IMG/VR virus record: IMGVR_UViG_3300044957_000763
Span: 124,001-188,000 of that record
Length of the DNA stretch: 64,000 nt
Direction: 5' to 3' (one strand)
The notes beneath the pieces were generated by a model. That model was not told the DNA's origin and did no database searches. It saw only the letters and a program-made list of their open reading frames with translations. Shown one piece after another: positions 55,576 to 64,000 of this stretch. Within the stretch, counting starts at the first letter, position 1. Every line of letters begins with the position of its first letter. The translations under genes and the position numbers were made by a program.

Positions 55576-56254
55576 ATCCGATTTCGCCACCGAGGTATCG
55601 TGCCAATGACACTTTCTGTCCTGTGATTTCGCACTTGACTATGTTGTCTTGGCAACGGATTGTACGCACCTTGTCGCCGCGCATACCGCTACCGATTTGT
55701 TCTTTTCTATCTCGAGCACGTTCATTTGTACTCTTTTTTGTTTGATAGTCGAGAACCTTGGAGTACAGTAGTTCTAAAGCAAGCGCACGGTTTTGATGTT
55801 GGCTTCGCTCTGTGTCACATCTAATTTCCATACCCGTAGGCAGGTGCTTTGCTATGACACAGGTTTCTACCTTGTTCTTTCGTTGGCCGCCTGGCCCGGA
55901 ACCTTTGGTAAACCTGAGTTCTATGTCCTTTTCGTTGACAACAGCGTTGTTGACAGCAATTGGAAGAACTGCCACAGTGATTGAAGAAGAATGTACTCGC
56001 CCACGTTTTTCATTCGGCGGAATTCTCTGCCATCTGTGGCCACCGGGTTCTTTGGCAAACAGTTCTGCCGCATAATCGCCTTTGATTATCAGCGCACAGA
56101 ACCCATCACGTTCATCAATAAACTCTAGTCAGAGCTTATTGGCTTTGCAGGCACGTTCGTAGATTCCGGCCTGTTCTTTGACGAGCATTTTGGCGTCGTC
56201 ACCGCCTTCGCCAGAGCGAATTTCAACAAGGATTGAATTATTGTGATGTTTCAT
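55553..56254 (-). CDS. Minimal class I peptide chain release factor with in-frame UGA at codon 42
   Basis: AGAGG SD, MKHH...VEIRSGEGGDDA...KANKL*LEFIDERDG...GGHRWQRIPPNEKRGRVHSSSITVAV...GPGGQ; all one frame, 233 codons. Confidence 0.85.
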
Positions 56255-56444
56255 GATTTTCCTCTTGTATTGGCTGAAAATCGTCATACAAATTAATGGT
56301 ACTTCTCACCACAACTGTATCAGCGATTTCACTGCGGGCTAACGTGACCATTTCATGAGAACCATATGCGGCTCTCTGTGTGTGGACGAGTTGGTACTCT
56401 TCTCCACTGGTTTTGTGAATCCATTTATTACTTAATTTCCGCAT
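56238..56444 (-). CDS. Small hypothetical protein
   Basis: 68-aa ORF overlapping the release factor start. Confidence 0.5.
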   Translation of the reverse strand: MRKLSNKWIHKTSGEEYQLVHTQRAAYGSHEMVTLARSEIADTVVVRSTINLYDDFQPIQEENHETSQ

Positions 56445-56471
56445 TTTACAAACCTCCTGGGAAGTTTGTAA

Positions 56472-56879
56472 TTATACATCATCCTTTTTAGAAAATGCTA
56501 TACTCTCAGCCCTAGATATAAGAGATTTTACGTCTCCCTTGTATATCATTATGCCACTTTGACCTTGCGGTTTTTTAGGGTTGAGTCCGCCAACCCAAAT
56601 TCCAAGCAATGTTTGAATTTTACGAATATTGATGTTAGTTGACATAACCGCCTGGCCTCTGGAGTATACTGTGATTGTGTAATTCCCCGGCTGTAGCTCG
56701 ACACCAATTTGGTCAAATGAAAATACTTCAGATGACCAGTGCAATGTGTAGAACTGAGTGCATTGTTTGGTTCGTTGTATTTCACAACAGAACCCCCTGA
56801 GCAAATCCTTCTTCATAGTGTGAATTGGCTTAGACACGTTTATATTGTACATCGAACTGTTTTTAGCCTGATTACACAT
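56472..56879 (-). CDS. Hypothetical protein
   Basis: 135-aa ORF. Confidence 0.45.
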   Translation of the reverse strand: MCNQAKNSSMYNINVSKPIHTMKKDLLRGFCCEIQRTKQCTQFYTLHWSSEVFSFDQIGVELQPGNYTITVYSRGQAVMSTNINIRKIQTLLGIWVGGLNPKKPQGQSGIMIYKGDVKSLISRAESIAFSKKDDV

Positions 56880-56892
56880 AATACAATATCAA

Positions 56893-57591
56893 ATGACAAC
56901 TACAACTAAGCCACAACACGAATTTCGCTCAAGTGTCTCTGAAAATGAGTTTTTTGAACGAATGTATTATCGCAAGGTGTTATCGCCATTGTTGCGTGAA
57001 GACGGATATACACCTGTTGACCTACGAGCAGATTCTAAATATCGCAAGGTCGATATTGACTTCGGCGGAATACAAAATGACAAAGTTGCTAAAACTATTG
57101 AAGTTAAATTCGACCACGTTGCCGCTGTAACCGGAAACATGTTTCTTGAAACCGTGTCTGTCGACAAGGGATTTGGCCACGCACAATCTCCAGGTTGTTT
57201 TCTGATTAGTGAGGCTGATGAATTTCATCAAATTGTAGTATTGCAGAACAAGATATACATTTCAAATCTGCCTGCGATGCGTGATTATTGGTATGGTGAA
57301 GAGGCAGTGCCAAGAATTTGGCGCTCTGATTATTCTAGGTATGTTATGCGCAATATCCGCGCATACAATCATACATATGATTCAATAGGCGATTGCGTTA
57401 GTATTGAGTTATTGTTTGGAGAGAACCACCCACACCATAGTCATTATCTGATTGACATATACGAGTTTGATGACAGTATTCTTAAATCATTTGTCCCGCT
57501 TTCTGCAAAAATAGTCAACAAGTATCACTCAATAAAGCATCAAGCTGCAGAATTAGATTATCCCAAAGAGGTATCTAAATGGTTGCATTAA
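56893..57591 (+). CDS. PD-(D/E)xK nuclease-like protein
   Basis: VDIDF...IEVKFD...TGNMFLE. Confidence 0.55.
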   Translation: MTTTTKPQHEFRSSVSENEFFERMYYRKVLSPLLREDGYTPVDLRADSKYRKVDIDFGGIQNDKVAKTIEVKFDHVAAVTGNMFLETVSVDKGFGHAQSPGCFLISEADEFHQIVVLQNKIYISNLPAMRDYWYGEEAVPRIWRSDYSRYVMRNIRAYNHTYDSIGDCVSIELLFGENHPHHSHYLIDIYEFDDSILKSFVPLSAKIVNKYHSIKHQAAELDYPKEVSKWLH

Positions 57592-57980
57592 AACGAGCAC
57601 AAATACGCAGAAATGCACCAGGAGTTGATGTTACTGTAATGTCATCTAAAGACCGCGCCAGGTCTTTGGCACCAACATGGGAACTGGTAATGGGTCACAA
57701 GAATAGAACCATCAGCGATGACGAATATGCCTACGCATATGGTGCGTTGCTCAATTTGGTAAGCGCAGATGATTGGAACTGGTTGCAAGAGCAAAAGGAC
57801 ACCAATCATGAAGTTTATTTGTTGTGTTACTGCAGAGATGGTAAATTCTGCCATACTCATTTAATAGGTTTGTATGCGCAGGCACTTTTGCCAGAAGTAT
57901 TTGAATGTCAAACATCTCCTCCAAAATCTGTCATTGAAACTGCTTGGTACTTAGAACTTGCGGCCGGAGGCAAAAAATAA
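57579..57980 (+). CDS. DUF488-like protein
   Basis: LAPTWEL...Y...LLCYC....FCH. Confidence 0.55.
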   Translation: MVALKRAQIRRNAPGVDVTVMSSKDRARSLAPTWELVMGHKNRTISDDEYAYAYGALLNLVSADDWNWLQEQKDTNHEVYLLCYCRDGKFCHTHLIGLYAQALLPEVFECQTSPPKSVIETAWYLELAAGGKK

Positions 57981-57994
57981 GGTACAATAACACC

Positions 57995-58276
57995 ATGTCG
58001 TCTATTACATTACCGAATCCGGTTGACTCGAATGAAGATTGTCAGTCTGATGAGTACTGTATCATTGTCTACAACAATGATGTCAATACATTTCAGGAAG
58101 TTATCGCGATTTTGTGTATCGCATTGGAAATCGACAACCATCGTGCGGAATTGCACGCATGGGATGTACATTTGCTGGGTTCGGCTAGGGTACACTATGG
58201 TTCAGAAGCCGACTGTCAATCGAAGGCCGAGATAATTAGCAAAATCGGTATTCGTACAGAAGTTTGCTCTGCATAA
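57995..58276 (+). CDS. clpS: ClpS N-degron adaptor
   Basis: IIVYNNDVNTFQEVIAIL...AWDVHLLG.A. Confidence 0.85.
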   Translation: MSSITLPNPVDSNEDCQSDEYCIIVYNNDVNTFQEVIAILCIALEIDNHRAELHAWDVHLLGSARVHYGSEADCQSKAEIISKIGIRTEVCSA

Positions 58277-58294
58277 ATAAAGGAACAAAATAAC

Positions 58295-60814
58295 ATGTGG
58301 CAAAGATTTACAGAAAGCGCAAGAAAAGCTGTTTTTTATGCTCAAGAAGAAGCTCAAAACTACGCCGAAGGCTATGTCTCGACAGAGCACATTCTTCTTG
58401 GACTTATTCGAGAACCAGACAACGTATCGTGTGAAATCATTGAAAAAATGAATGTCAAATGCTCGAAGGTTAAATCCGAACTTGAAAAGGCGATGCCCAA
58501 GGGTGACGGTAGAGCAAATACTGATTTGTCTTTAACACCAAGGGCAAAACGTGCAATTGACCTTGCTTATGATGAAGCCCGCCAGCTTAACAATAACTAC
58601 ATCGGAACAGAGCACTTGTTGCTTGGATTATTGCGCGAATCTGATGGTCTCGCCGGTAGAACCCTTACTAAGTTCGGTATTACGTTGGAAAAAGCCAGGA
58701 CATTGGTTTTACAACAGCAAGAACACGAGGACGTTGATTCCGAACATTCTGATGCTATGTCATCGCCAGAGCGTTCTTCTAAGGTTAAAACTGCAAGTCT
58801 AGATGAATATAGCCGAGATTTGACTGCAATGGCGAAGGCAGGCAAGCTAGACCCTGTAATTGGTCGAGAACCAGAAGTCGAGCGTCTGATGCATATTCTA
58901 AGCCGTCGAACCAAGAACAATCCATGTCTTGTTGGTGACCCAGGAGTTGGAAAGACCGCTATTGTTGAAGGACTTGCGCAAAAGATTGTGAGTGGTAATG
59001 TGCCAAGGTCACTACGTGACAAGCGTGTGGTTTCGTTAGACTTGGCCGCGATGATTGCTGGTTCAAAATATCGCGGTGAATTCGAGGAACGATTGAAGCG
59101 AGTTATGGAAGAATTGCGCCGTGCACAAGGGCAGATTGTCCTGTTTATTGATGAATTGCACACATTGATTGGTGCCGGCGCCGCCGAAGGTGCAGTAGAT
59201 GCAAGCAATATCATGAAGCCAGCCTTGTCTCGTGGAGAGATGCAGTGTATCGGCGCAACAACGCATGACGAGTATCGTAAGTACATTGAAAAAGATGCTG
59301 CACTTGAGCGCAGATTTCAGGCAGTCAAGGTGCAAGAACCCAGTCCTGAAATTGCATATGAAATTCTTCGTGGATTGCGAGACCGATATGAGGCATATCA
59401 TGGCGTTGAATTGACCGATGAGTCACTTCGTGCCGCCGTTGATATGTCTGTTAGGTATATTACAGACAGAACTTTGCCAGATAAGGCAATTGACCTTATT
59501 GACGAGGCAAGTGCAAAGGTGCGACTACAGCATTCAATGCCAAACAACGAGTTGCAATCTCTGAAAAATCAAAGCGTTGAACTGGAAAGAGAGATTGGTA
59601 GATTAAAGAGGCAAAAGAAAACGAATGAACTTGAGAGTGCAGAAAGCAGATTCAAAGACATGTCTTCTGAAATCAGCAAACTAGAAAATGCATTGAGTCA
59701 TTCAGACGATGTTGATTTGATTATTGGCGAATCTGAAATCGCAGCGATTGTGCAATCATGGACTGGTATTCCTGTCAACAAGGTTGCACAAGATGAGTCT
59801 GCTCGTTTGTTAAACATGGAGGCAGACCTTATGCAACATATCATTGGTCAAGACGAAGCTGTTATTGCATTGTCTAAGACCATTAGAAGGTCGCGAAGTG
59901 GATTAGCAGACCCCAAGAGGCCGATGGGTAGTTTCATCTTCCTTGGACCAACTGGTGTCGGAAAAACCGAAACTGCCAAAGAGTTGACTCGATATTTATA
60001 TGGCAAAGACGATGCCATTGTTCGAATTGATATGTCTGAATACATGGAGAAGTTCTCTGTATCTAGACTTATTGGCGCACCTCCTGGTTATGTTGGATAT
60101 GACGAGGGTGGTCAGCTTACTGAGCAAGTGCGTCGGAATCCATACTGCGTTGTGCTTCTGGATGAAATCGAAAAAGCACACCCAGAAGTTTTCAATATCT
60201 TGCTACAGGTCATGGAAGACGGACATCTTACAGACTCTCGGGGTCGCAAGGTTGATTTCCGCAATACACTTATCATCATGACATCTAACGTTGGTGTCAA
60301 GCCAATTGAAGTAGACAAGGCACTTGGTTTCAGGACAATTACTGATGACCCTGATGACCCCAAGGTGTATCAGCGCCTCAAAAAGAACATGTTGGCCGAA
60401 ATGAAAAAAATGTTTCGTCCTGAGTTCCTGAACCGAGTTGATGAAATCATTGTTTTTCAGCATTTGAACCGAGCACATATTCTACAAATCGCAGACCTGT
60501 ATATGGCCCGAGTTTACAATCAGGCATCAGAACTTGGCATTGAACTTGTGTTAACTGAAAAACTTAAGGATGTATTGGTCAAAGAAGGGTATGACCCGAA
60601 TATGGGCGCAAGACCATTGCGACGAGCAGTTCAATCATTGGTTGAAAACCCATTGAGTGAAGAAATGCTTAAGGGCGCTCTCGAGTCTGGTAAGAAGTAT
60701 TTGATTGATTGCGACGACGAAAGTAACGTATCAATAAGTGAATATATTGAAGAAGTACCAGCGGAAATGCCTAAAAAGCGACAGAAGAAAACCGCAGAGG
60801 TTACAACTGAGTAA
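58295..60814 (+). CDS. clpC: ATP-dependent Clp protease ATPase ClpC
   Basis: Double Clp-N repeats, [16 protein letters not shown] coiled coil, [24 protein letters not shown]. Confidence 0.96.
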   Translation: MWQRFTESARKAVFYAQEEAQNYAEGYVSTEHILLGLIREPDNVSCEIIEKMNVKCSKVKSELEKAMPKGDGRANTDLSLTPRAKRAIDLAYDEARQLNNNYIGTEHLLLGLLRESDGLAGRTLTKFGITLEKARTLVLQQQEHEDVDSEHSDAMSSPERSSKVKTASLDEYSRDLTAMAKAGKLDPVIGREPEVERLMHILSRRTKNNPCLVGDPGVGKTAIVEGLAQKIVSGNVPRSLRDKRVVSLDLAAMIAGSKYRGEFEERLKRVMEELRRAQGQIVLFIDELHTLIGAGAAEGAVDASNIMKPALSRGEMQCIGATTHDEYRKYIEKDAALERRFQAVKVQEPSPEIAYEILRGLRDRYEAYHGVELTDESLRAAVDMSVRYITDRTLPDKAIDLIDEASAKVRLQHSMPNNELQSLKNQSVELEREIGRLKRQKKTNELESAESRFKDMSSEISKLENALSHSDDVDLIIGESEIAAIVQSWTGIPVNKVAQDESARLLNMEADLMQHIIGQDEAVIALSKTIRRSRSGLADPKRPMGSFIFLGPTGVGKTETAKELTRYLYGKDDAIVRIDMSEYMEKFSVSRLIGAPPGYVGYDEGGQLTEQVRRNPYCVVLLDEIEKAHPEVFNILLQVMEDGHLTDSRGRKVDFRNTLIIMTSNVGVKPIEVDKALGFRTITDDPDDPKVYQRLKKNMLAEMKKMFRPEFLNRVDEIIVFQHLNRAHILQIADLYMARVYNQASELGIELVLTEKLKDVLVKEGYDPNMGARPLRRAVQSLVENPLSEEMLKGALESGKKYLIDCDDESNVSISEYIEEVPAEMPKKRQKKTAEVTTE

Positions 60815-60838
60815 CTATTAGTTTCTTAAGCTGTATGA

Positions 60839-60888
60839 GTCAGATAGACGCCATTGCGCTATGTTTGTGTGCCATGGCGTCTATCTGG
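60839..60888. terminator. Long hairpin between convergent genes
   Basis: CAGATAGACGCCA/TGGCGTCTATCTG perfect 13-bp stem. Confidence 0.6.
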
Positions 60889-61034
60889 GATATCTGAAAA
60901 CAGCGGTAGTTCAAAATGACTAAGGCACCAGTATCTTAGTTTTCGTTCTTATAGTGGTTTTCTTGACCCTGGGTTGTGCATTGGTACCCTGTCACTTCGG
61001 TATATCCTTTTGTGACATGCCGGACACTTGACTT

Positions 61035-61724
61035 TTAGACATTGCGACCCAGGGTATAACTTGCGTATCGTTTTGGTTCATGAGTACAAACACCCTTGAA
61101 TCCAATTTCAAATGCAGTCTTAATAAATTCGTCTGTAAGGTCAAAGGCTCTTTCTTGTAATTCTTTTGCAAACAAAGTTGTCTCATTTGAAATTGATTGA
61201 TATTTATGAAGCTCTGGAGACACTACGTATGAATCTTTGGCAATATCTGCAAATTGCACCAGGTCATCGGGTGAGAACACATAGTCGAGCCAATATTCTT
61301 CTTGTGGTTTTGGATTCGTTACAGGCCCAGGCATAGACGCAACACTAATATTCTCAAACTTGCTTCGCCTTGTGAGCACTCTTCCTCCAGCAGCGCGGGT
61401 AAATATTTGGTCTGGAACAATCATGTCGACAAATGCATATTGGTTAAATATATATTGGCCATACGCAAACACAAGACTGTTCAATCGTTTGAACAATCCA
61501 GTTTCTTTGCAATCAAGTACTATTGTGTTGTTCCAATTTTGTGTTGCTTCATACATCGAAGCAAATGAAGGCGTGTACTCTGTAAAATAGTCACCTTCAA
61601 TTACATCGTGAGACAAATACACTATTCCTCGATGTGTTCTAAGGTCTACCTCAATACCCCATCCATTTTCAGCGGCCCATAACCATTGTTTAACACTGTT
61701 AGCTCTATGCAAAATAATTTCCAT
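61035..61724 (-). CDS. Glycerophosphodiester phosphodiesterase-like (PLC-like TIM barrel)
   Basis: IILHRAN...GIEVDLR...LSHD; VSPELH; GVCT. Confidence 0.7.
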   Translation of the reverse strand: MEIILHRANSVKQWLWAAENGWGIEVDLRTHRGIVYLSHDVIEGDYFTEYTPSFASMYEATQNWNNTIVLDCKETGLFKRLNSLVFAYGQYIFNQYAFVDMIVPDQIFTRAAGGRVLTRRSKFENISVASMPGPVTNPKPQEEYWLDYVFSPDDLVQFADIAKDSYVVSPELHKYQSISNETTLFAKELQERAFDLTDEFIKTAFEIGFKGVCTHEPKRYASYTLGRNV

Positions 61725-61727
61725 AAT

Positions 61728-63320
61728 TCATCCTATTAATCCAAGTTGTTTGTATTGTTCAATATTTTCAATAACACAATCTGGTAGTAATCCAGGTGTT
61801 ACTGGTTTAGTTTCAAATATGAAGCCGCGACCAAATACATCAGATTTGAGTTCTAATACCCGATTGGGTATTTGAGATAGAACTTCATCGTTATTGTATT
61901 CTGTGTGGCTGAATGCTTGAATCTTCTCTGTTATTATGTCGATTCCTCCCATAAAACTAAAATGCCAGCCGCCATTTCCTGGGAATTTGTATAGACCATT
62001 ATGCGCATCGCGCAGTTCTTGTGGTCTACGTTGCGACAGATGGTGTTTGAGCGCAATGACAAACATGTTCCACGGTGCGTGTGGCTCAATTCCAGGTTCT
62101 TGTCCAACCATAAAGTTGTTGAGTTTATAGTAGCACTTCTCGAGAGTGATTGTAGCCGGCGCATTATTATCAGACACCCATGCACATACTTTTTTGAGCA
62201 ATTCTATGTCTGGTATTTCGTCTACGTCTGAAATCAGTACAATATCTCCGATTTTTGCATGCTGTAGTCCAAGTTCTATGTTGTTTCTTTGCGCAGATTC
62301 ATTCCACCATGCGTTGTCTGGTTTTGGTTGAAAATCTGTTAGTACATGCTCGATTTTATCAGTCGCCCATTCGAATCTTTGCTTGTTTTCTAGATAGAAC
62401 AGTGGTTTGGGCTTACCAGTAAACGTGTACGGCGATTCTACTATAACAAACTTGTCTACGTGGTCATACATATGTCGAAGACGAAGTTCTAAAAGGTCCA
62501 ATTCGCGCCAGAACATGAAGCAGTCAAATATCTTCTTCGGTTCTCTTCTGTCAATGGGATGAAATAGATGCGGGTGTGTTTTTCGAGCATGAAACATGAC
62601 GGCAGGCAACTCAAGGTCGTCTACTGGTGACAATTGAATACCGTCAAGAAATATTCTGTCTTCAACAATGTCGCGCCAAAGCCTTGCTTCGTCATGAAAT
62701 TCTGGTATGTCAAACTCTGAGTGACTGAAGCTGGATAGCTTTCTTTGAATCCCTTCAATTCCACCAGTGTATGAGAAATGCCAACCTGCATCAGCAATCG
62801 GTGTGTATTTTCCAGATGTGCGTTGTTGGCGAATGTCTTGGGCATGTAGTCCTTTTTGATATGATACGATACTAGTGCCATGCCAAGCAAATGAATTAGT
62901 ATATCGGTCAAGATAGTAACAATGCGGTCGCATTAAGCACACATAGTTTTGTTTAGATTCAATTGCTGACTCAACGACATCTATAGCAGGAAATTCATCT
63001 ACGTCACCTAGTATTATTGTGTCGCCTTCTTTAGCGTCCTTGATTCCGTTGAATATAAAGTTGCGTTGCCTGGTTTCGTTATGCCATCTTTCGTGTGGTT
63101 TTACATTTGATACTAACGTATCACAAATAACGTGTCTGATTTTACTCATTGCCCAGCCAAATCTACCTGAATTTTTGGCAAAAACAAGTTCTTTTTGATT
63201 GCCGGCAAATGTTAGCGGTGCTTCGCATATTACAAATGCGTCGACTAAGTCCCATAAGTGTCTTAGTCGAAACTCCAGTAAGTCTATTTCGTCAGCGAAT
63301 GTAAAACAATCAAATACCAT
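61728..63320 (-). CDS. Tandem two-domain GT17-family glycosyltransferase
   Basis: Two copies of DCF.F..E.DLLE.RL...E..QRN...DVDE.P...GWHFS. Confidence 0.85.
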   Translation of the reverse strand: MVFDCFTFADEIDLLEFRLRHLWDLVDAFVICEAPLTFAGNQKELVFAKNSGRFGWAMSKIRHVICDTLVSNVKPHERWHNETRQRNFIFNGIKDAKEGDTIILGDVDEFPAIDVVESAIESKQNYVCLMRPHCYYLDRYTNSFAWHGTSIVSYQKGLHAQDIRQQRTSGKYTPIADAGWHFSYTGGIEGIQRKLSSFSHSEFDIPEFHDEARLWRDIVEDRIFLDGIQLSPVDDLELPAVMFHARKTHPHLFHPIDRREPKKIFDCFMFWRELDLLELRLRHMYDHVDKFVIVESPYTFTGKPKPLFYLENKQRFEWATDKIEHVLTDFQPKPDNAWWNESAQRNNIELGLQHAKIGDIVLISDVDEIPDIELLKKVCAWVSDNNAPATITLEKCYYKLNNFMVGQEPGIEPHAPWNMFVIALKHHLSQRRPQELRDAHNGLYKFPGNGGWHFSFMGGIDIITEKIQAFSHTEYNNDEVLSQIPNRVLELKSDVFGRGFIFETKPVTPGLLPDCVIENIEQYKQLGLIG

Positions 63321-64000
63321 TTATGACACTTCTGCAATCCATCCGAGCTTGGTGTACTTTTCGATGTTATCGACTATCTCGTCTGGATATTTTTCTGGAG
63401 TAATTGCTTCTACTCTGTAGCGATAACCTCGTTCAAATGGGTCTACATCAAGAGCCGCAATGCGCTGTTTGATTTTCTCTGGGTCTGTGAATTCTGGTGT
63501 ATCATACTCTGAGTGAGAAAATGCCTTGATTTTCTCTTGGTTGAAAAATTCGTCTCCAATAAAACTAAAGTGCCATCCGCCGTGTTCAACCGCCGGCCAG
63601 GCACATCGTTTGTCTCTGATTTGTTGAGGTGTCCACCCCATTGTTGATGGTTCTTCTGGGAATCTCAGATGTTTGCGTTGGCAAACGGTGAAGCTGTGCC
63701 ACGGGTGATGGTGCTCAGAACCTGGTAGTGTGGTGTCCATGCGATTGTTTATTTTCCAATGATGTTTTGTTAAAACCAATGCCACCGGTCCCTCGTTTAC
63801 ACATCGACTCATAGCCACTCGCATTTCATGATATCTTGGCAGCTCATCAACATCTGATATGAATACATAGTCTTCTGGTAATGCGTCCGTGAGCCCATTC
63901 ATAATTCCGTCACGTTGTATGCCTTCCATGCCCCAATATTCTGAATGAGATTCTGGCATGTTGACTAATACGTGGTGTATTTTTGGCATAGCCCACGCGA
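63321..64000 (-). CDS. GT17-family glycosyltransferase (5' truncated)
   Basis: QRD...ISDVDELP...GGWHFSF...KIKAFSHSEY; frame is open to the window end. Confidence 0.8.
   Translation of the reverse strand, partial: AWAMPKIHHVLVNMPESHSEYWGMEGIQRDGIMNGLTDALPEDYVFISDVDELPRYHEMRVAMSRCVNEGPVALVLTKHHWKINNRMDTTLPGSEHHHPWHSFTVCQRKHLRFPEEPSTMGWTPQQIRDKRCAWPAVEHGGWHFSFIGDEFFNQEKIKAFSHSEYDTPEFTDPEKIKQRIAALDVDPFERGYRYRVEAITPEKYPDEIVDNIEKYTKLGWIAEVS

Noticed and set aside
56120-56140. RF2-type +1 frameshift in the release factor
   Set aside because: The downstream RF sequence is in frame 0, the +1 frame stops immediately (GAC TAG), and I saw no internal SD.
58597-59286. 229-aa minus-strand ORF and other antisense ORFs over clpC, groEL, the fibre gene and tRNAs
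   Set aside because: Shadow frames of well-supported genes.
1-64000. Genome-wide TAG or TGA reassignment
   Set aside because: Long genes are intact in code 11, and many recognisable proteins end at their expected C-termini with TAG or TGA.
1-64000. CRISPR array or diversity-generating retroelement
   Set aside because: No regularly spaced identical repeats with unique spacers, no reverse transcriptase and no adenine-specific repeat pair. The fibre duplications differ at all four bases.

Overview
This 64 kb window reads as a segment of a large (jumbo-like) bacteriophage genome. The ClpC and GroEL sequences resemble Armatimonadota proteins as I recall them, so that host is an unverified inference. 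From left to right: (1) a tail-fibre/virion module with a >2050-aa repeat-built fibre truncated by the window start; (2) host-like accessory genes, including an RlmH-like SPOUT protein, groES/groEL, a DHH phosphoesterase, a TnpB-only IS, thyX, a lysozyme-like protein and tmRNA; (3) a ~6.3 kb array of 25 tRNA/tRNA-like genes mixed with several structured non-tRNA RNAs; (4) two outlying tRNAs with CUA (amber) anticodons, a CCA-adding enzyme with an intein plus a second unexplained 162-aa insert, and a tRNA-Lys trio beside lysS; (5) a sigma factor, two C5 DNA methyltransferases, a dNMP kinase, two Pth2-like proteins, a minimal class I release factor interrupted by an in-frame UGA, and clpS/clpC; (6) a GT17 glycosyltransferase cluster truncated by the window end. 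The strongest findings are: five Y-RNA-like elements, three carrying circularly permuted tRNA folds and two of those keeping a full anticodon arm; the release factor with UGA-CUAG readthrough; a ~230-nt structured RNA with a 7-nt-periodic CAA loop behind a DIP1984-like gene; and a leader-peptide attenuator in front of the tRNA array. All calls were made by eye from motifs and base-pairing; no database searches were run.
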